DNA from: an uncultured Acidobacteriota bacterium
GTDB taxonomy: Bacteria > Acidobacteriota > UBA6911
Assembly (NCBI GenBank): GCA_963827655.1
Contig: CAWHCF010000046.1
Location: 32,001-96,000 of the forward strand
DNA: 64,000 nt
Direction of reading: 5' to 3'
Below the pieces are notes generated by a model. That model was given only the letters and a program-made list of their open reading frames with translations, had not been told where the DNA came from and ran no database searches. Of the stretch, positions 61,345-64,000 are shown piece after piece; the first letter of the stretch is position 1, and each line of letters opens with the position of its first letter. The translations under genes were made by a program, and so were the position numbers.

Positions 61345-61404
61345 ACTCGGCGCTGCGGTAGAATCAGTCCGACAGTTTAAAAAACAATCTGCCAGGGGGG
61401 TGCC

Positions 61405-62778
61405 ATGATCAAATTCGACGCCGAAAAGCCGGTTCATTTCTGTGACGGAATGAAACGTCGCGACTTCCTTCATGCCGGCGCTCTGGCAGCCCTCGGGCTG
61501 GGTGTTACCGACTGGCTAACGCTGAAAGCGCTCGGCGCCGTCCCCGAAGAAAAGGACATCAATTGCATCATGCTGTTTCTGGTTGGCGGTCCAAGCCAGC
61601 TCGACACCTTCGACATGAAGCCCAATGCCCCGGCGGAAATTCGGGGGCCGTACCGTCCGATCAAGACCAATGCGGACGGAATTCAGATCTGTGAGGTCTT
61701 TCCGCGCACGGCCAGGAACGCCGACAAGTTCTCGCTGGTTCGATCGGTATATCACACGGCGGCGGCGGTCCACGATACCGGACACCAGATGATGCAGACA
61801 GGGCGGCTGTTCCAGGGAGGGATCGAGTATCCTCACATCGGCTCGGTTCTCAGCAAGCTTCGGGGACCGAAGGGTGACGTTCCGGCTCATGTCTTGTTGC
61901 CCCGGCCGATCGGCAACACCGGCGGGAATATGCCGCACGGCCAAAATGCCGGGTTCCTGGGCAAGCTGTACGATCCCTTCGTCTTGAATGCCGATCCTTC
62001 GGAACCAAACTTTGCCGTCCCTGATCTTCTGCCTCCCGATTACATCAGCTCGGTTCGAGTAGACCGGCGGCGATCGCTGCGCGAGATGGTCGACTCCTCA
62101 GTCAAGAATATGGACGCGAGCCAGGACGCCCGCCTGCTCAACACCACATTCCACCAGGCTTATACCCTCATGTCCTCGGCCAAGGCGCGCGAAGCCTTCT
62201 CAATCAAAGACGAACCCGAGAAGACCCGCGAGCGCTACGGATTGAACCGGTTCGGACAGTCTTGTCTCCTGGCTCGACGCCTGGTCGAGCGGGGCGTGCG
62301 CTTCGTTACGGTCAACATGTTCGAAACGGTTTTCAACGAGATTACCTGGGATATTCACGGATCGAAGCCCTTCAGCCCGATCTCCTGCTACCGGGATCTG
62401 GTCGGTCCGATGTTCGACCATGCCTACGCGTCCCTGCTGGAGGACCTGCAGGAGAGAGGCCTGCTGGAAAAAACCATCGTCGTGGCCATGGGTGAGTTTG
62501 GACGCACTCCCAAGATCAACCCCGCCGGAGGGCGCGACCACTGGCCGCAGGCATGGACCATTCTCATCGGAGGAGGAGGGATCAAAGGCGGACGGGTCGT
62601 CGGATCAACCGACGAGATTGGAGCCTACCCCGTTGAACGCCCGACCTCGCCCGCCGAGGTTGCGGCAACCGTTTACCAGGGATTGGGAATCGACCTCGAG
62701 AAGGACCTTCCGGGACCTCAGGGAAGGCCGATCCGGCTCGTCGATCACGGAGTCGAACCGGTCGGCGAACTTTTCTAA
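61405..62778 (+). CDS. DUF1501 family protein
   Basis: MKRRDFL; GGPSQLDTFDMKP; GQSCLLARRLVERGVRFV; WDIH; GEFGRTPKIN; GRDHWP. Confidence 0.92.
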   Translation: MIKFDAEKPVHFCDGMKRRDFLHAGALAALGLGVTDWLTLKALGAVPEEKDINCIMLFLVGGPSQLDTFDMKPNAPAEIRGPYRPIKTNADGIQICEVFPRTARNADKFSLVRSVYHTAAAVHDTGHQMMQTGRLFQGGIEYPHIGSVLSKLRGPKGDVPAHVLLPRPIGNTGGNMPHGQNAGFLGKLYDPFVLNADPSEPNFAVPDLLPPDYISSVRVDRRRSLREMVDSSVKNMDASQDARLLNTTFHQAYTLMSSAKAREAFSIKDEPEKTRERYGLNRFGQSCLLARRLVERGVRFVTVNMFETVFNEITWDIHGSKPFSPISCYRDLVGPMFDHAYASLLEDLQERGLLEKTIVVAMGEFGRTPKINPAGGRDHWPQAWTILIGGGGIKGGRVVGSTDEIGAYPVERPTSPAEVAATVYQGLGIDLEKDLPGPQGRPIRLVDHGVEPVGELF

Positions 62779-62794
62779 ATCAGGAGAAAGCGCC

Positions 62795-64000
62795 TTGTTT
62801 CGGAGTGGAAAGTCACAATCACGAGGATTCTCGCGGCAGAAAAAAGCGTTTTGCCTGAGTCTCTGGTGTTTCTGCGCCGGGCGGTTACTCGAGGCGGCGG
62901 ATCGTACCCCCGCGCGTCCCGTCGCGGCAAAAGCAATCCCTCAACAGCTCCTGATACTCCCGAGCAGCGTGTCGCTGGAAGGACCGAAGGCCGTTCACCA
63001 GTTGCTGGTTCAGGCGAAATCAGCCGACGGCCGCGAGCAGGATCTTGCCCGAAGCGCGGTGTATAGCAGCTCCGATCCTGCCATTGCAACCGTGGACTCC
63101 ACGGGTCGAGTGCATTCGGTCTCAGACGGCGAGGCGATCATCACGGCGCGCGCCGGTGGCCATCAGGCTTCGGCGAAAATCACCGTTCGCCGCTCCCAGG
63201 AACGTTATGTCCCGAGCTTTTCGAACAACGTCTTGCCGGTCATGACGAAGGCGGGCTGCAATTCAGGCGCCTGTCATGGCGCTGCCGCCGGCAAGAACGG
63301 GTTCAAGCTGACGCTGCGAGGCTATGATCCCGAAGTAGATTACATGGTATTGACGCGCCAGGCCCTCGGCCGCCGCGTGAACCTGCTCGAACCCGCCCGC
63401 AGTCTTATGCTTCTGAAGCCTACTCTCGCCGTCTCTCACGGCGGCGGAAAGCGCTTCGAGGTCGATTCCAGGGAGTACGAGATTCTTTCTTCCTGGATCG
63501 CTTCAGGCACGCCTCCTCCGTCCGAGGGGGATCCCGCCATTCGCGAGCTGGAAGTGCTGCCGAAAAATGCCACTCTCGCGCCTGGCTCCGAGCAGCAAGT
63601 GGTAGTCATGGCGCACTTCTCCGACGGGCATTCCGAAGACGTCACCCGCTGGGCCATCTACAACTCGAGCGATGAGAGCGTGGCGGCCGTGAACGCTGAA
63701 CGGACTGGTGAAGATGCAGGGACGCGGAGAAGCCGCGATTTCAATCTATTACCTCAGCCGGGTCGCGGCGGCGAGAGTCGGGGTTGCTTTCGACAGGGTG
63801 GTGAATGCTGAAACCTACCGCGGCTTCAAGACCGAGAATTACATCGACGAGCTTGTGCTCAAGAAGCTGAAGGCCCTGCACATCACTCCGGCCACCCGCG
63901 CGAGCGACGCGGAGTTTTTGCGGCGCGCCTACCTTGACACCATCGGCACCTTGCCTACGGCTGACGAAGTCACCCGCTTTCTCCACGATCCTCGGCCCGA
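62795..64000 (+). CDS. Ig-like (BIG2) + DUF1549/DUF1553-type protein (partial); frameshift near 63700
   Basis: RBS aggag + TTG; GCNSGACHGAAAGKNGFKLTLRG; SHGGG; NYIDELV..DAEFLRRAYLDTIGTLPT runs off the window end. Confidence 0.85.

Noticed and set aside
62420-62794. 5' part of ORF 62420..63811
   Set aside because: Overlaps DUF1501 in another frame; the real start is likely the TTG at 62795 after aggag

Overview
GC-rich bacterial DNA with a gene repertoire typical of Acidobacteriota: four Oar-type TonB-dependent receptors, a winged-helix/TPR regulator, a Ser/Thr kinase-TolB propeller fusion, an 'acido-empty-quinoprotein', and DUF1501 plus DUF1549-type genes. The window holds about 37 genes. 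They are almost all accessory catabolic, periplasmic, transport or regulatory functions; I found no rRNA, tRNA, CRISPR, integrase or transposase. About a dozen genes are broken by single-base indels, often in homopolymers, which most likely reflects long-read assembly error. Most notable: (1) a dispersed 8-nt-period repeat family (about 20 copies) at a large share of gene boundaries, often as inverted pairs that bracket single genes such as a toxin-antitoxin pair, an esterase and a thioesterase; other simple-repeat families and a MITE are also present. (2) Two PQQ-like quinoprotein modules with unusual partners: a cytochrome c-HhH fusion, a membrane spermidine-synthase-like protein, a YVTN propeller, YceI and a di-heme cytochrome. 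(3) A Tat-signal FMN alpha-hydroxy-acid oxidase with an internal CxxCH motif. (4) An in-frame LytS-sensor/LolA-like chimera and a hairpin-less mini membrane-fusion protein behind a sigma-54 promoter. All family calls come from motif recognition by eye; no searches were run.
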